Assembly: GCA_023229605.1 (NCBI GenBank)
Contig: JALNYY010000005.1
Span: 485 to 64,484, forward strand
Reading direction: 5' to 3'
Origin: Methylobacter sp.
GTDB lineage: Bacteria > Pseudomonadota > Gammaproteobacteria > Methylococcales > Methylomonadaceae
DNA: 64,000 nt
How positions within the stretch are numbered: position 1 is the first letter of the stretch; the number at the start of each line of letters is the position of its first letter. The translations under genes were made by a program, and so were the position numbers. The notes beneath the pieces are model-generated. The model saw nothing but the letters and a program-made list of their open reading frames with translations, had not been told where the DNA came from and did not search any database. Shown here piece by piece: positions 9,475 to 17,953 of this stretch.

Positions 9475-10863
9475 ATGCCTGAACAAACTCATCTTTCTGA
9501 CCCGATTTATCCTCTTTCAGAAAATCCTTCTTCTTTGGCGGTTTGGCTGACCTCCGCCGACCAAACCGTTTTGTTTCAACGGCAATCGAAAGACCTTCGC
9601 TTTGCCGACCACGCCAATGATTCCCCTGTGATAACCGTGGATACCGAACGGAAGTATCAGGTCATGGAGGGGTTCGGATTTTCGTTGACCGGAGGCAGCG
9701 CCATGCTGATCAGTCGCTTGCCTGCCCCTGACAGGAGCGCATTATTGCGGGAATTGTTCTTGCCCGAGGGCGACGGCATCGGCGTTAGTTTTCTGCGTCT
9801 GAGCATAGGCGCGTCGGATCTGAGCGAGCGCTGTTTTACCTATAACGACAGGCCTGCCGGACAATCGGACTTTGAGCTTGTCCATTTCGACATCGAGGCC
9901 GGCGACCGTGAAGTCATTCCGCTGTTGCGGGAGATTTTGGCTATCAACCCAGAGATCAGGATCATGTCCACAGCTTGGTCGGCGCCGACCTGGATGAAGA
10001 CCAACCAGAGTTTTGTCGGCGGCAAACTAAGGCCGGATTGCTACGCTGTTTACGCCGCTTATCTGGTTAAATACCTCAAAGCGATGCGGGACAGAGGCAT
10101 CACCGTCCATGCCATCACCCCGCAAAACGAACCCTTGAATCAAAAAAACGACCCCAGCATGCTCATGGAAGCGGCTGAACAGGCCGAGTTCATCAAGAAC
10201 CATCTGGGGCCGGCTTTGCAGGCGGCTGAATTGTCCGATGTGGAACTGTTTTGCTGGGATCACAATTGCGATGTCCCGGAGTACCCTTTGGAAGTTTTCG
10301 CCGATGCCGACGCGCGCCGTTATCTGGCCGGATCGGCTTGGCATCTGTACGGGGGCGATATTTCGGCTCTTTCCGAGGTGCACCAGCTTTACCCGGAAAT
10401 GAAACTGTATTTTACCGAGCAGTGGGTAGGCTCGGACGGCCAGTTCGGGGGCGATTTAATGTGGCACGTGAAAAATGTCCTGATTGGTTCAATGCGCAAT
10501 TGGAGCCGGGTGGTGCTGGAATGGAACCTGGCCTCCGACCCGTTCTGCCGCCCCCATACGCCCGGCGGGGAGGCCCGTTGCGTCGGCGCTTTGACCATAG
10601 GCGAAGATGTTGCCCGCAACGTCGCCTACTATGTGATCGCCCATGCCGCGAAATTCGTACGCCCCGGTTCGGTGAGGATTTATTCCGATGAGCACGAGTC
10701 CTTACCGAACGTGGCTTTTCTTACGCCTGCGGGTTATATCGTTCTGATCGCGCTCAATGAGAACGCTGAATCCCGACCCTTTACTATCCAATTTCAAGAG
10801 GAAAATGTAGTCGCCACTCTGCCGGCAAACGCGGTAGCTACTTATGTTTGGTGGGCGGCGTAA
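9475..10863 (+). CDS. Glycoside hydrolase family 30 (glucosylceramidase/endo-beta-1,6-glucanase-like), no signal peptide
   Basis: GFGFSLTGGSA, LRLSIGASDL, WSAPTWMK, acid/base PQNEP, WDHN, WHLYGG, nucleophile FTEQW, KFVRPGSVRI. Confidence 0.9.
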   Translation: MPEQTHLSDPIYPLSENPSSLAVWLTSADQTVLFQRQSKDLRFADHANDSPVITVDTERKYQVMEGFGFSLTGGSAMLISRLPAPDRSALLRELFLPEGDGIGVSFLRLSIGASDLSERCFTYNDRPAGQSDFELVHFDIEAGDREVIPLLREILAINPEIRIMSTAWSAPTWMKTNQSFVGGKLRPDCYAVYAAYLVKYLKAMRDRGITVHAITPQNEPLNQKNDPSMLMEAAEQAEFIKNHLGPALQAAELSDVELFCWDHNCDVPEYPLEVFADADARRYLAGSAWHLYGGDISALSEVHQLYPEMKLYFTEQWVGSDGQFGGDLMWHVKNVLIGSMRNWSRVVLEWNLASDPFCRPHTPGGEARCVGALTIGEDVARNVAYYVIAHAAKFVRPGSVRIYSDEHESLPNVAFLTPAGYIVLIALNENAESRPFTIQFQEENVVATLPANAVATYVWWAA

Positions 10864-10910
10864 AAGTTTATATATCGTTCCCACGCTGGAGCGCGGGAAC
10901 AATAAAAACT

Positions 10911-11210
10911 CTATTTTTGGCTCAGTTTTTTTCTTGTCCATGCCGGGTGTCTTCGGCAATCAAGAACGGCATAGACTCGTGCGGTTTGATTTTCAACCCG
11001 ATAATAAACGGCAAACGGAAATCGTTTTGATAATAAGCGATGATATTTCCCGAAATAGACCTGATGAACTCCGGCGTTAATCATCAATGAGTCAATGTCT
11101 GAAAAAAGCGTGTCTATAAAATAACTTCCCAAGCCTTCTGCCTGCTGCTCATAAAACCGGTAACCGTCGATTAAATCACGTTGCGCAGAGCGCTGTATTT
11201 GGATTTTCAT
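10911..11210 (-). CDS. RelE/ParE-family toxin
   Basis: A..DL..G..FYE.Q..GLG..F and RFPFAVYY...VYAVLDCRRHP pattern; overlaps the antitoxin stop. Confidence 0.88.
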   Translation of the reverse strand: MKIQIQRSAQRDLIDGYRFYEQQAEGLGSYFIDTLFSDIDSLMINAGVHQVYFGKYHRLLSKRFPFAVYYRVENQTARVYAVLDCRRHPAWTRKKLSQK

Positions 11211-11422
11211 GGAAGCTGGTTGCGAATGTCCTTTTTTGCATCATTCCAATCGATAAAGGTATCGGTTCCATTTCCAAGCATTTCTTCCCTTTGTTGTAAT
11301 ACCTCGGAATGCCAAGCCGGAGAGTTGATGTTATCTGCATGAGTACATAAGCTGTCCCAAAGAGATTCCATAACTTGTATTTTTTCTGTGACGGACAATT
11401 TTTCTATTTGAATGACTGTCAT
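11207..11422 (-). CDS. Addiction-module antitoxin (TIGR02574-like)
   Basis: LSVTEKIQVMESLWDSL...SPAWH..VL..R...W..AK motif; upstream of the toxin. Confidence 0.85.
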   Translation of the reverse strand: MTVIQIEKLSVTEKIQVMESLWDSLCTHADNINSPAWHSEVLQQREEMLGNGTDTFIDWNDAKKDIRNQLP

Positions 11423-11500
11423 GGTGATTTCCTAGGTAGAGATAGCGAAGGCAAGCTCATGTGATTGTACTACGATTTCCGACCGAAAGTAGCGTCCTCC

Positions 11501-11580
11501 AAGCCGGATGGGGCATGTTGCCCCGTTCGAAACGTTTTGCGGCGGTTAAAATGTGGTTGTTTAGCTAGGCATTGCAGAAC
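11501..11580. repeat. REP-like family B, copy 1
   Basis: AGCCGGATGGGGCATGTTGCCCCGTTCGAAACGTTTT...CATTGCAGAA; same unit at 12414 and 58777. Confidence 0.75.
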
Positions 11581-11615
11581 GATCAGCGTTAAGTGCATCT
11601 AATCGTGTTGAAGGT

Positions 11616-12026
11616 TCAATTGCATGCGTCCAAGTAAAGCATGGCGGTTGCAAAGTCGCTTTCGTCATCGGGGTTTTTCATCATGGCGGATTTTAAAATT
11701 GTTAATTTGTCTTCCGTCGGTTTGAGGCGTTTGTTAATGGCATCAAGTTCGGGGCCTAAGGCTTTTAATTTGGCTTGATCGTGATGCTGATGGGCTATCA
11801 GAAGTTCCTTCTTGATTTTTATTTTTTGGCATTGATCCGTGTGCGATTGCTTCATCAAATCAATGGCGGCTTCCACCTCCGCGCTGTTGGCGGCAACAGA
11901 TGCGGAGAAAAAAATTCCAACGGCGACTGCCAAAGTAAAAAACAACTGTTTGTGCAACACAGGATCTTGCAAATCTTTACTGTGTTGAAAAACAAACACT
12001 TTAGGTTCGGCATTTTTATCTTTCAT
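11616..12026 (-). CDS. Hypothetical helical protein with an N-proximal signal/TM segment
   Basis: Hydrophobic FFTLAVAVGIFFSASVAA followed by a coiled-coil-like region with two Cys. Confidence 0.6.
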   Translation of the reverse strand: MKDKNAEPKVFVFQHSKDLQDPVLHKQLFFTLAVAVGIFFSASVAANSAEVEAAIDLMKQSHTDQCQKIKIKKELLIAHQHHDQAKLKALGPELDAINKRLKPTEDKLTILKSAMMKNPDDESDFATAMLYLDACN

Positions 12027-12413
12027 AGTGGTTTCCCTTGTTCAACATTAAAGCTGAGTTGAGCAGCTTGTCTGCTCAAACGAAACTTATGCCCTTTGGG
12101 CATAAGGATTTTTTCATGATCGCCTGCCCAGATTGGCTAGTGGCTAACGATAATGACCTGTCCGCTAGGAGCGGTACTACGCCACGGCAATTGTGGGCCT
12201 TTAAAATTAAGAGAACTGCCGCTGTTTTCCAAATCATAACTTTCATTAAGTTCCGCATCCTTTTCAACTGGGCGTGACACATTGTATTCGCCCATGTCGG
12301 TTTTAACCCCATTTGGATGTAAAATCAACACGGCGACTTGCTGCCGATAGAGTCCATAGAATGTGCTGACAACAGATCGTAGCTTCGAAGCCCCGGATTC
12401 CGCTACGCAACCC

Positions 12414-12525
12414 AGCCGGACGGGGCATGCTGCCCCGTTCGAAACGTTTTATGGATATTAAATGTAGTTGTTTAGCCCGGACATTGCAGAAATGTTAGGG
12501 ACGGGGTTGCAAACCCCGTCCCGCT
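12414..12525. repeat. REP-like family B, copy 2 (full unit)
   Basis: AGCCGGACGGGGCATGCTGCCCCGTTCG...GGGACGGGGTTGCAAACCCCGTCCCGCT: two GGGG/CCCC hairpins. Confidence 0.8.
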
Positions 12526-12834
12526 CGGAGGCACCATACCTATGTATTGATGAATTTCATTCACATAGATCGCATATTTCCATAGGACAAACAGAAGCCC
12601 CATTCCGGCGACAACTAATATCCCGCCACCTTCTTCTGAATCACTTCTTCGGCCGCGGCGTTCAATTACTCGGGTAATATATATTTCACGAGTTTGGATA
12701 ACCGTTACCGGAACCAGTGTCGTTGGGCGCTCTGTTAACCCGGCAAAAAGAACAGCAAAAATAACTCCCATGATTGGACCAAAAATCATGCTTTGCATGA
12801 TGGGGTCATTAAATAGTTCTGATATAAGTTCCAT
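12472..12834 (-). pseudogene. Membrane-protein gene probably truncated by the family B repeat
   Basis: Two TM segments; the last ~18 codons (PSGTGFATPSLTFLQCPG) are read from the repeat itself. Confidence 0.55.
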
Positions 12835-13006
12835 TTTCGATTCTTAGTGGTAGGGCCATTTCGCGTCAGCAAACCGCCAATCAAAGCGCAATATTCAATA
12901 CAATCGATATAAAAAATCCCCGCGTGGAAAGTCCAAGCAAGATCAACTTAGGTCATCCCGATCATGGCGGATTACTAGCGCGAATCCGCCTTACAGCATT
13001 ACAACG

Positions 13007-13762
13007 TTAACTGCCGATCAGTGCCGGGGGATTTAGTAACCACACAAGCACAAATATAGCTATAGCTCCAGTCGCCTTAATTGAAAACTTCTGAAATCTT
13101 GATTCAACATTTAACAACCCAGGTATTATTGCCGCTGTTGCCGCGAGAGCAGTAGCAAACAAGCCTCTAAAAATAAAGAATTGGGCTTGCGTAGGATTAG
13201 GAATAAAAACAACTAACAATAAAATCGCAATCGCAAATAAAATACCAACAATCAATCCTGCAACCAACTGCCATTGTGGAGTTTTGTTCAAATCATTTGC
13301 TCCGGTATATTCAAATCCTGCTACAGGAAGTGAATTGTTTCTAAAAGTGCTTTCTAATTGCTGCCATTTATTTTTAGGGAGATACTCTTTTGTCATCCTC
13401 TGCATGTTTGCATATGCATTTATATCAGGTTTAGGTAGCATCCCTTTTAATACGCTAGAGTAGCTTTTTAGGAAATTTTCATGCACTACAAAAGCACTAA
13501 GTACACTATGACAAGTCTCAGCAAAACCAGTAACCCACTTCCCGTTTGCATGAGCACCCAATAACCCGCTACTGCCAACAAAGCCTTCAATGAAATTAAA
13601 ATATTCCGCCCCCAATTGCTGGCATTTAAGTAGCTCTTCTATTGTTGGCTCACCACCTTCATTCTGCAAACGAAGGACGACGGGGGTTAAGTATGATACA
13701 TAAGCCTTTTTAAGTATTTCAATTTTTGCCTCTGCCTCAATAACGGATTGTTCATTAGTCAT
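13007..13762 (-). CDS. Hypothetical protein with a soluble N-terminal domain and 3 C-terminal TM helices
   Basis: Likely ATG at 13762 overlapping the upstream gene end. C-terminus LVVFIPNPTQAQFFIFR...AAIIPG...IKATGAIAIFVLVWLLNPP. Confidence 0.8.
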   Translation of the reverse strand: MTNEQSVIEAEAKIEILKKAYVSYLTPVVLRLQNEGGEPTIEELLKCQQLGAEYFNFIEGFVGSSGLLGAHANGKWVTGFAETCHSVLSAFVVHENFLKSYSSVLKGMLPKPDINAYANMQRMTKEYLPKNKWQQLESTFRNNSLPVAGFEYTGANDLNKTPQWQLVAGLIVGILFAIAILLLVVFIPNPTQAQFFIFRGLFATALAATAAIIPGLLNVESRFQKFSIKATGAIAIFVLVWLLNPPALIGS

Positions 13763-14009
13763 CGCTAGAAGCCGACTTCGTTGCAAGTAAAAGCAATGTA
13801 GTTAAATCAGAATTGTCAACTCCCTCCAAGGACATTGCTTCATATGTGCCAACAACCTCAAGAACAACTTTTGCAATGTTGGCTTTTGAAGGCTCTCCCC
13901 GAAACTCCTTCAGTCGTTTGGCAACCTCTCTCAGTTCACTATCCGTTGGTGACCAATTAGTAATTAGAAGAGCAGATTCAAGTTCTTTTTTTAAGTTATT
14001 CAAACTCAT
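13755..14009 (-). CDS. 84-aa hypothetical protein, paralog of 14023-14277
   Basis: AGGA upstream; shared C-terminal GVDNSDLTTLLLLATK motif. Confidence 0.8.
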   Translation of the reverse strand: MSLNNLKKELESALLITNWSPTDSELREVAKRLKEFRGEPSKANIAKVVLEVVGTYEAMSLEGVDNSDLTTLLLLATKSASSDD

Positions 14010-14022
14010 GGATGATATTTTC

Positions 14023-14277
14023 CTATTTCTTGGTAGCTAGTTGTAGAAGTGTGATTAAATCCGAAGTATCAGCCCCTGCATATCCATAGCTTCCTGCTTC
14101 AGGGCAATATTTCTTTACAATCAGAACCCAATCTTTTTCGGATGGGGTAATTCCCTTGTCAACAAGCGCTTGAATGTCTCGTTTGATCCCATCTAACTGA
14201 ATCTCAGTAGGGTTATTTGGTGCTGTGCCAAATTTTATTTTTATTCTATGAGCTAATTCCTGATCATTCATATTCAT
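14023..14277 (-). CDS. 84-aa hypothetical protein, paralog of 13755-14009
   Basis: C-terminal GADTSDLITLLQLATK; 13-nt gap to the next gene. Confidence 0.8.
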   Translation of the reverse strand: MNMNDQELAHRIKIKFGTAPNNPTEIQLDGIKRDIQALVDKGITPSEKDWVLIVKKYCPEAGSYGYAGADTSDLITLLQLATKK

Positions 14278-14519
14278 CTGTTTGCCTAATGCGTTATAAA
14301 CATTATTGCTTTTTCATCCAATGGAATGAATTTAGCACTTCCTAAAATAAATACAGGTGGCTTCATTAAAAACAAGAAAAAGCCAACCCATAAATATTCA
14401 CGACGAAAGATACTAACCATAAATACTAGACTACGCAAATATACTTACCCCTCAGCTACGGCGAAAGTATTTCGCATTGTGATAAACAAGCATTCAGTTA
14501 AGTTTTCTATGCAGAAGGT

Positions 14520-17500
14520 TCATCGCGAAAGCACCACATCCACCTGCCGGAATTGGCCAAGGCGTAGCGCTTCAGCGGCTTGGCCCTCCAGATGCCGGCC
14601 TACCACGGTCTGCATGCCACCATCCCGCCCATATAACTGATAGCGATAAGGCATTACGGCAGAGTCACCGAAGGTATCTTGGCGCTCGGGGTTGATGTAG
14701 ACCAACAAAGTGGCCCCCAATAAAGCACAAGCCGCACTATCCGCCGGCAATGTTTCTTCAAAACCGAACGGATTAACACATTGCTCGTTCGCGGAGAAAA
14801 ATGACTTCGACAAGACCGGCGCGGGCCTGAACAGCAACCTGCCTTCTTCGAACACAAAGGGAGCAGCCCCCAGGAAAAGATGAGTCCAAAGGTGCAAAAA
14901 CTCTACCGTGGAACCGGAAAGACGCGCTACGCAGCCCCGTCCGTGTTGCCTCGGATCGACAGCGAAACCGCTGCTGACCAGGAAGCTGGAGTTTTCGACC
15001 GGGTTGCGTCCGTATTCCATCGGATCGCGAAAAGCCACCAGCAGCTGTTCGATTTGGCCGTAAAACTCCTCGATTAATCCGGCCCGAACCATTTCCAGCA
15101 CGAACTTGTAATGCATGTGCAGGAAGATGGAACCGTTCTCCAGCCAGCCGTAGTTGAAAACCCCGATCCGTCCCAAGTCCAGCGCATTTTCACCCAGCGG
15201 TTCATTGACGCGGTACATGCCCAGCTTTTTGTCGAACAGTTCGGAGTTACGCACGGCATCATACAAGCGCCGGACTTCCGCAGGTGCCGCGATGCGCAGG
15301 GCATGAACGAAGCCCTCCAGAAACAGCGGCAGCGGTTTTTGCTTGAAGCGGGTTACCGCCGCCTTCCCATCCCCGGTTTCCTGATACTGCTCGGCCTCAT
15401 AGGAGAAATAGGTGACGATGCCTTCCGGCGTCCGGGCTTTGTCGATTGCAGCATCCAGATAGCTCGAAACCGTCGCCAGGAAGTTTTGCACTGCGGCAAT
15501 GGAGAGCGCGTGTTCGGCACCGTCAAAACCCATGAACACCTTGTCCCGATAGGCTTCTTTTTGGGCTCCGCTTTCCTGCCAGAATAGTTCTGGCGTCAGG
15601 TTGGGGCGATTTAACAGCGCTGCCAATCCCGCTATAAAGTCCGCCAACTCCGACGGCAGGGAAAAGTCCCCCTCGACATCGGCCAGGGCTTTCAAGGTAA
15701 AGTCCGCCAGACGCTTGAGCTCGATGGTTTCATTGACCGAAGACCCGAAAATGCCGGGCAGGCCGTTCAACGCATCGCACCAGCCTGGGCGGTCGGCCTC
15801 CATTTCTATGCCTACTCCGAACGGGTCCAGGGTGGACAGCTTGTTGGCTACCAGGGTCAGGATTTTTCCGAGCAGCGTGGTGTAAACGATCTCGCCGTGA
15901 CCGCGTTGCGAGCGGACTTGGTGGCGGCGACGTGTACGGGAATTGATCAGGGATTCTTTCTCTGGACTGCCCTGCACCGCGCCGTATTGGCGAACGCCGT
16001 TGGGCGTCACCACGTATTTTTGGCAGCGCGGGACGACAAAATGGGTGGAATCGAAGAAGGTGTAGGTCTTTTCCTTGAACAAGCCGGGCAACCGATCCGG
16101 GAAAATGGCCGCGTAGCTAATCAACAAGTCCACCAGATATGTCCAGTGGTCCGACCAATAGCCGCGGTCGAATTCGGCATCTTCCACTTCCTGCGCTTGC
16201 GCCAGAATTTCCTTGATGACCGGCTCCGGGTTTTCCGCTCCTTCAAGCACCTGCCATAGTTCCGCGTATTTAAACTCGCGGGACAACAGTTGTTCGAGGC
16301 CTGCAAACCGGGCGAAATGATGGGCAAGGGTTAGCGGCGCATCCACGACAAAACGCGAGTTCCGCAACGAACAGGGATTGCAGCCGTCCGCCTGGATCAG
16401 ATTGAAGAAATAATGGATGTTTTTGGCATCCAGCGCGGGATTGAAAAACAAGTCCATCCGGCGATTTTGCAATACATCGCGGAAATCGCCGTTGCCTTCG
16501 GAAAACGGCGTATCCTGCAACAGGAAGTCGTTGTAATCCCTTTCCAGATCGCCGTGCTTGCGGCCGAACAAATACAGTTGCGCGCCGCCCGGCACTTCCC
16601 TCGGAAAGCCGCCGCGCAAACCGTTGTCCAGATAACACTGCCGGGCATGCGCATCGAACAGCGGCTGGGCTGTCGCGGTGAAGATCCGTTGCGTGATGCC
16701 GTCGATCAAGCGGCGGTTCGTCTCCCGTTTGGCCTCGAAGTAATCTTTTTTATCAGCCTCCGCTATGAATTGCTCAAACACTTGCTGCGATTCTGCATGG
16801 CCGTAAAAGCCGTAAAATACTTGGCTTTGCCCCGGCTGGAGTTCTAGGGTCAACGCCTGGAAAGCCGACGGCGTTTGGTTGCCCGCCACCTGATGATCGA
16901 AATTCAGGCCGTCATCGGCAAAAAACCGTTCCGGCTTGGAGAAATCCCCGGCCAAGCCGAAAATCCTCTCCGCGTCCACGACCACGCGGGTGCGTCCGCC
17001 GTTCAAAAATCCGGCGAAGAAATTGCAGGCTATCACCGGCTCCACTTGCGGGGAGTCGGTAGGCCATACTTTCAGCCGGTAAAAAGGCAGGTTTTCCTCG
17101 ACGCCCTCGACCCGCATGAAGGCTTCCGAAGTCCGGCTCATGAACTTGAGTATCCATTGGTTCATGCCAAAGGGCAGCACTTGCGGCAAACCGTCGACGA
17201 TCTCTATCTTTCTGGCCTGCCCGGAAGTATTCGTTATCTCGACCCGCCGCAGCAAGCCGGCCACGGGTGCTTCGGGCAAGGTGAACATATCTGCTCGGAT
17301 GCTGAAGCCCAACTGCGGATTGATCTCTTCGACACCGACTTCATGGGGCGTGACGTAAAGGCGTTGCTTGACCTCCGGCCCCGCCCCGCGCTGGAAAGGC
17401 TCGTGGGTCAGGATTCGGTCGCCATCGGCAATCTTCAGGAAAGTCCTGAAACCCCGGGACGGCGTCAGTTGATAAGCCTTGTCGGCAGGAAAAAACTCCA

Positions 17501-17690
17501 GAAAGGCCCCGTCTTTGTTGCGTACCCCGAAACTGGCCACGGCCTGACCCCGGTTGACATAAAATGCCCAGGCCGGACGGCCCAGAGTGCCTGATATGCC
17601 GGGCAAAAAACTGGCGAAAGGGGCAAGGTCGTTGTACTGGTCAATAATGAAGCGGTCATCGCCATCTAGGGTATAGCGGGTCTGGGTCAT
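14520..17690 (-). CDS. Large glycoside phosphorylase, most like GH161 beta-1,3-glucan phosphorylase
   Basis: 1056 aa; FASFLPGISG..G.P.WAFYVNRGQ.VASFG..NKD, RKHGDLERDYN, GNGDFRDV.QNRR, YWSDHWTY, MEADRPGWCDALNGLPG, GWLEN.SIFLHM.YK, ARLSGST.EF. Confidence 0.82.
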   Translation of the reverse strand: MTQTRYTLDGDDRFIIDQYNDLAPFASFLPGISGTLGRPAWAFYVNRGQAVASFGVRNKDGAFLEFFPADKAYQLTPSRGFRTFLKIADGDRILTHEPFQRGAGPEVKQRLYVTPHEVGVEEINPQLGFSIRADMFTLPEAPVAGLLRRVEITNTSGQARKIEIVDGLPQVLPFGMNQWILKFMSRTSEAFMRVEGVEENLPFYRLKVWPTDSPQVEPVIACNFFAGFLNGGRTRVVVDAERIFGLAGDFSKPERFFADDGLNFDHQVAGNQTPSAFQALTLELQPGQSQVFYGFYGHAESQQVFEQFIAEADKKDYFEAKRETNRRLIDGITQRIFTATAQPLFDAHARQCYLDNGLRGGFPREVPGGAQLYLFGRKHGDLERDYNDFLLQDTPFSEGNGDFRDVLQNRRMDLFFNPALDAKNIHYFFNLIQADGCNPCSLRNSRFVVDAPLTLAHHFARFAGLEQLLSREFKYAELWQVLEGAENPEPVIKEILAQAQEVEDAEFDRGYWSDHWTYLVDLLISYAAIFPDRLPGLFKEKTYTFFDSTHFVVPRCQKYVVTPNGVRQYGAVQGSPEKESLINSRTRRRHQVRSQRGHGEIVYTTLLGKILTLVANKLSTLDPFGVGIEMEADRPGWCDALNGLPGIFGSSVNETIELKRLADFTLKALADVEGDFSLPSELADFIAGLAALLNRPNLTPELFWQESGAQKEAYRDKVFMGFDGAEHALSIAAVQNFLATVSSYLDAAIDKARTPEGIVTYFSYEAEQYQETGDGKAAVTRFKQKPLPLFLEGFVHALRIAAPAEVRRLYDAVRNSELFDKKLGMYRVNEPLGENALDLGRIGVFNYGWLENGSIFLHMHYKFVLEMVRAGLIEEFYGQIEQLLVAFRDPMEYGRNPVENSSFLVSSGFAVDPRQHGRGCVARLSGSTVEFLHLWTHLFLGAAPFVFEEGRLLFRPAPVLSKSFFSANEQCVNPFGFEETLPADSAACALLGATLLVYINPERQDTFGDSAVMPYRYQLYGRDGGMQTVVGRHLEGQAAEALRLGQFRQVDVVLSR

Positions 17691-17953
17691 GGGCTTGTAC
17701 GATTAGAGTTGTGGGTGAGCCGGCGGTTTTGAGCGTAAGGCAAAGCCTATGGCATAGAAAAATTCCCGGCCAGCATCGATCGGTAAATTACCATCAGCCG
17801 AATGGCGACATACTAAATACAAGTTTGTTGATGTCAACTTCTGATGTGTCGACGCTTTTCCAGGATACAAGGTTAGGCGGGTTGAATTGATTTCAACGGC
17901 TATTTAATACTGTCCTTTATAATGTTGGTTCTTTCTCGGATATTTCTTGAGTC

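Noticed and set aside
12076-12331. Two overlapping short minus-strand ORFs
   Set aside because: Possibly one frameshifted small gene, but there is no recognisable motif to support a call.
12990-14300. Possible integron-cassette origin of the three-gene module (TTAGGC just before the first ATG, TAAC at the last stop)
   Set aside because: The core site lacks the conserved G, no complete attC hairpin with a matching inverse core could be built, and no intI is in the window. IntegronFinder would settle it.
16875-17594. 239-aa plus-strand ORF, and similar long antisense ORFs inside gpmI, aceE, aspS and nadA
   Set aside because: Shadow ORFs opposite well-supported genes, with no motifs.
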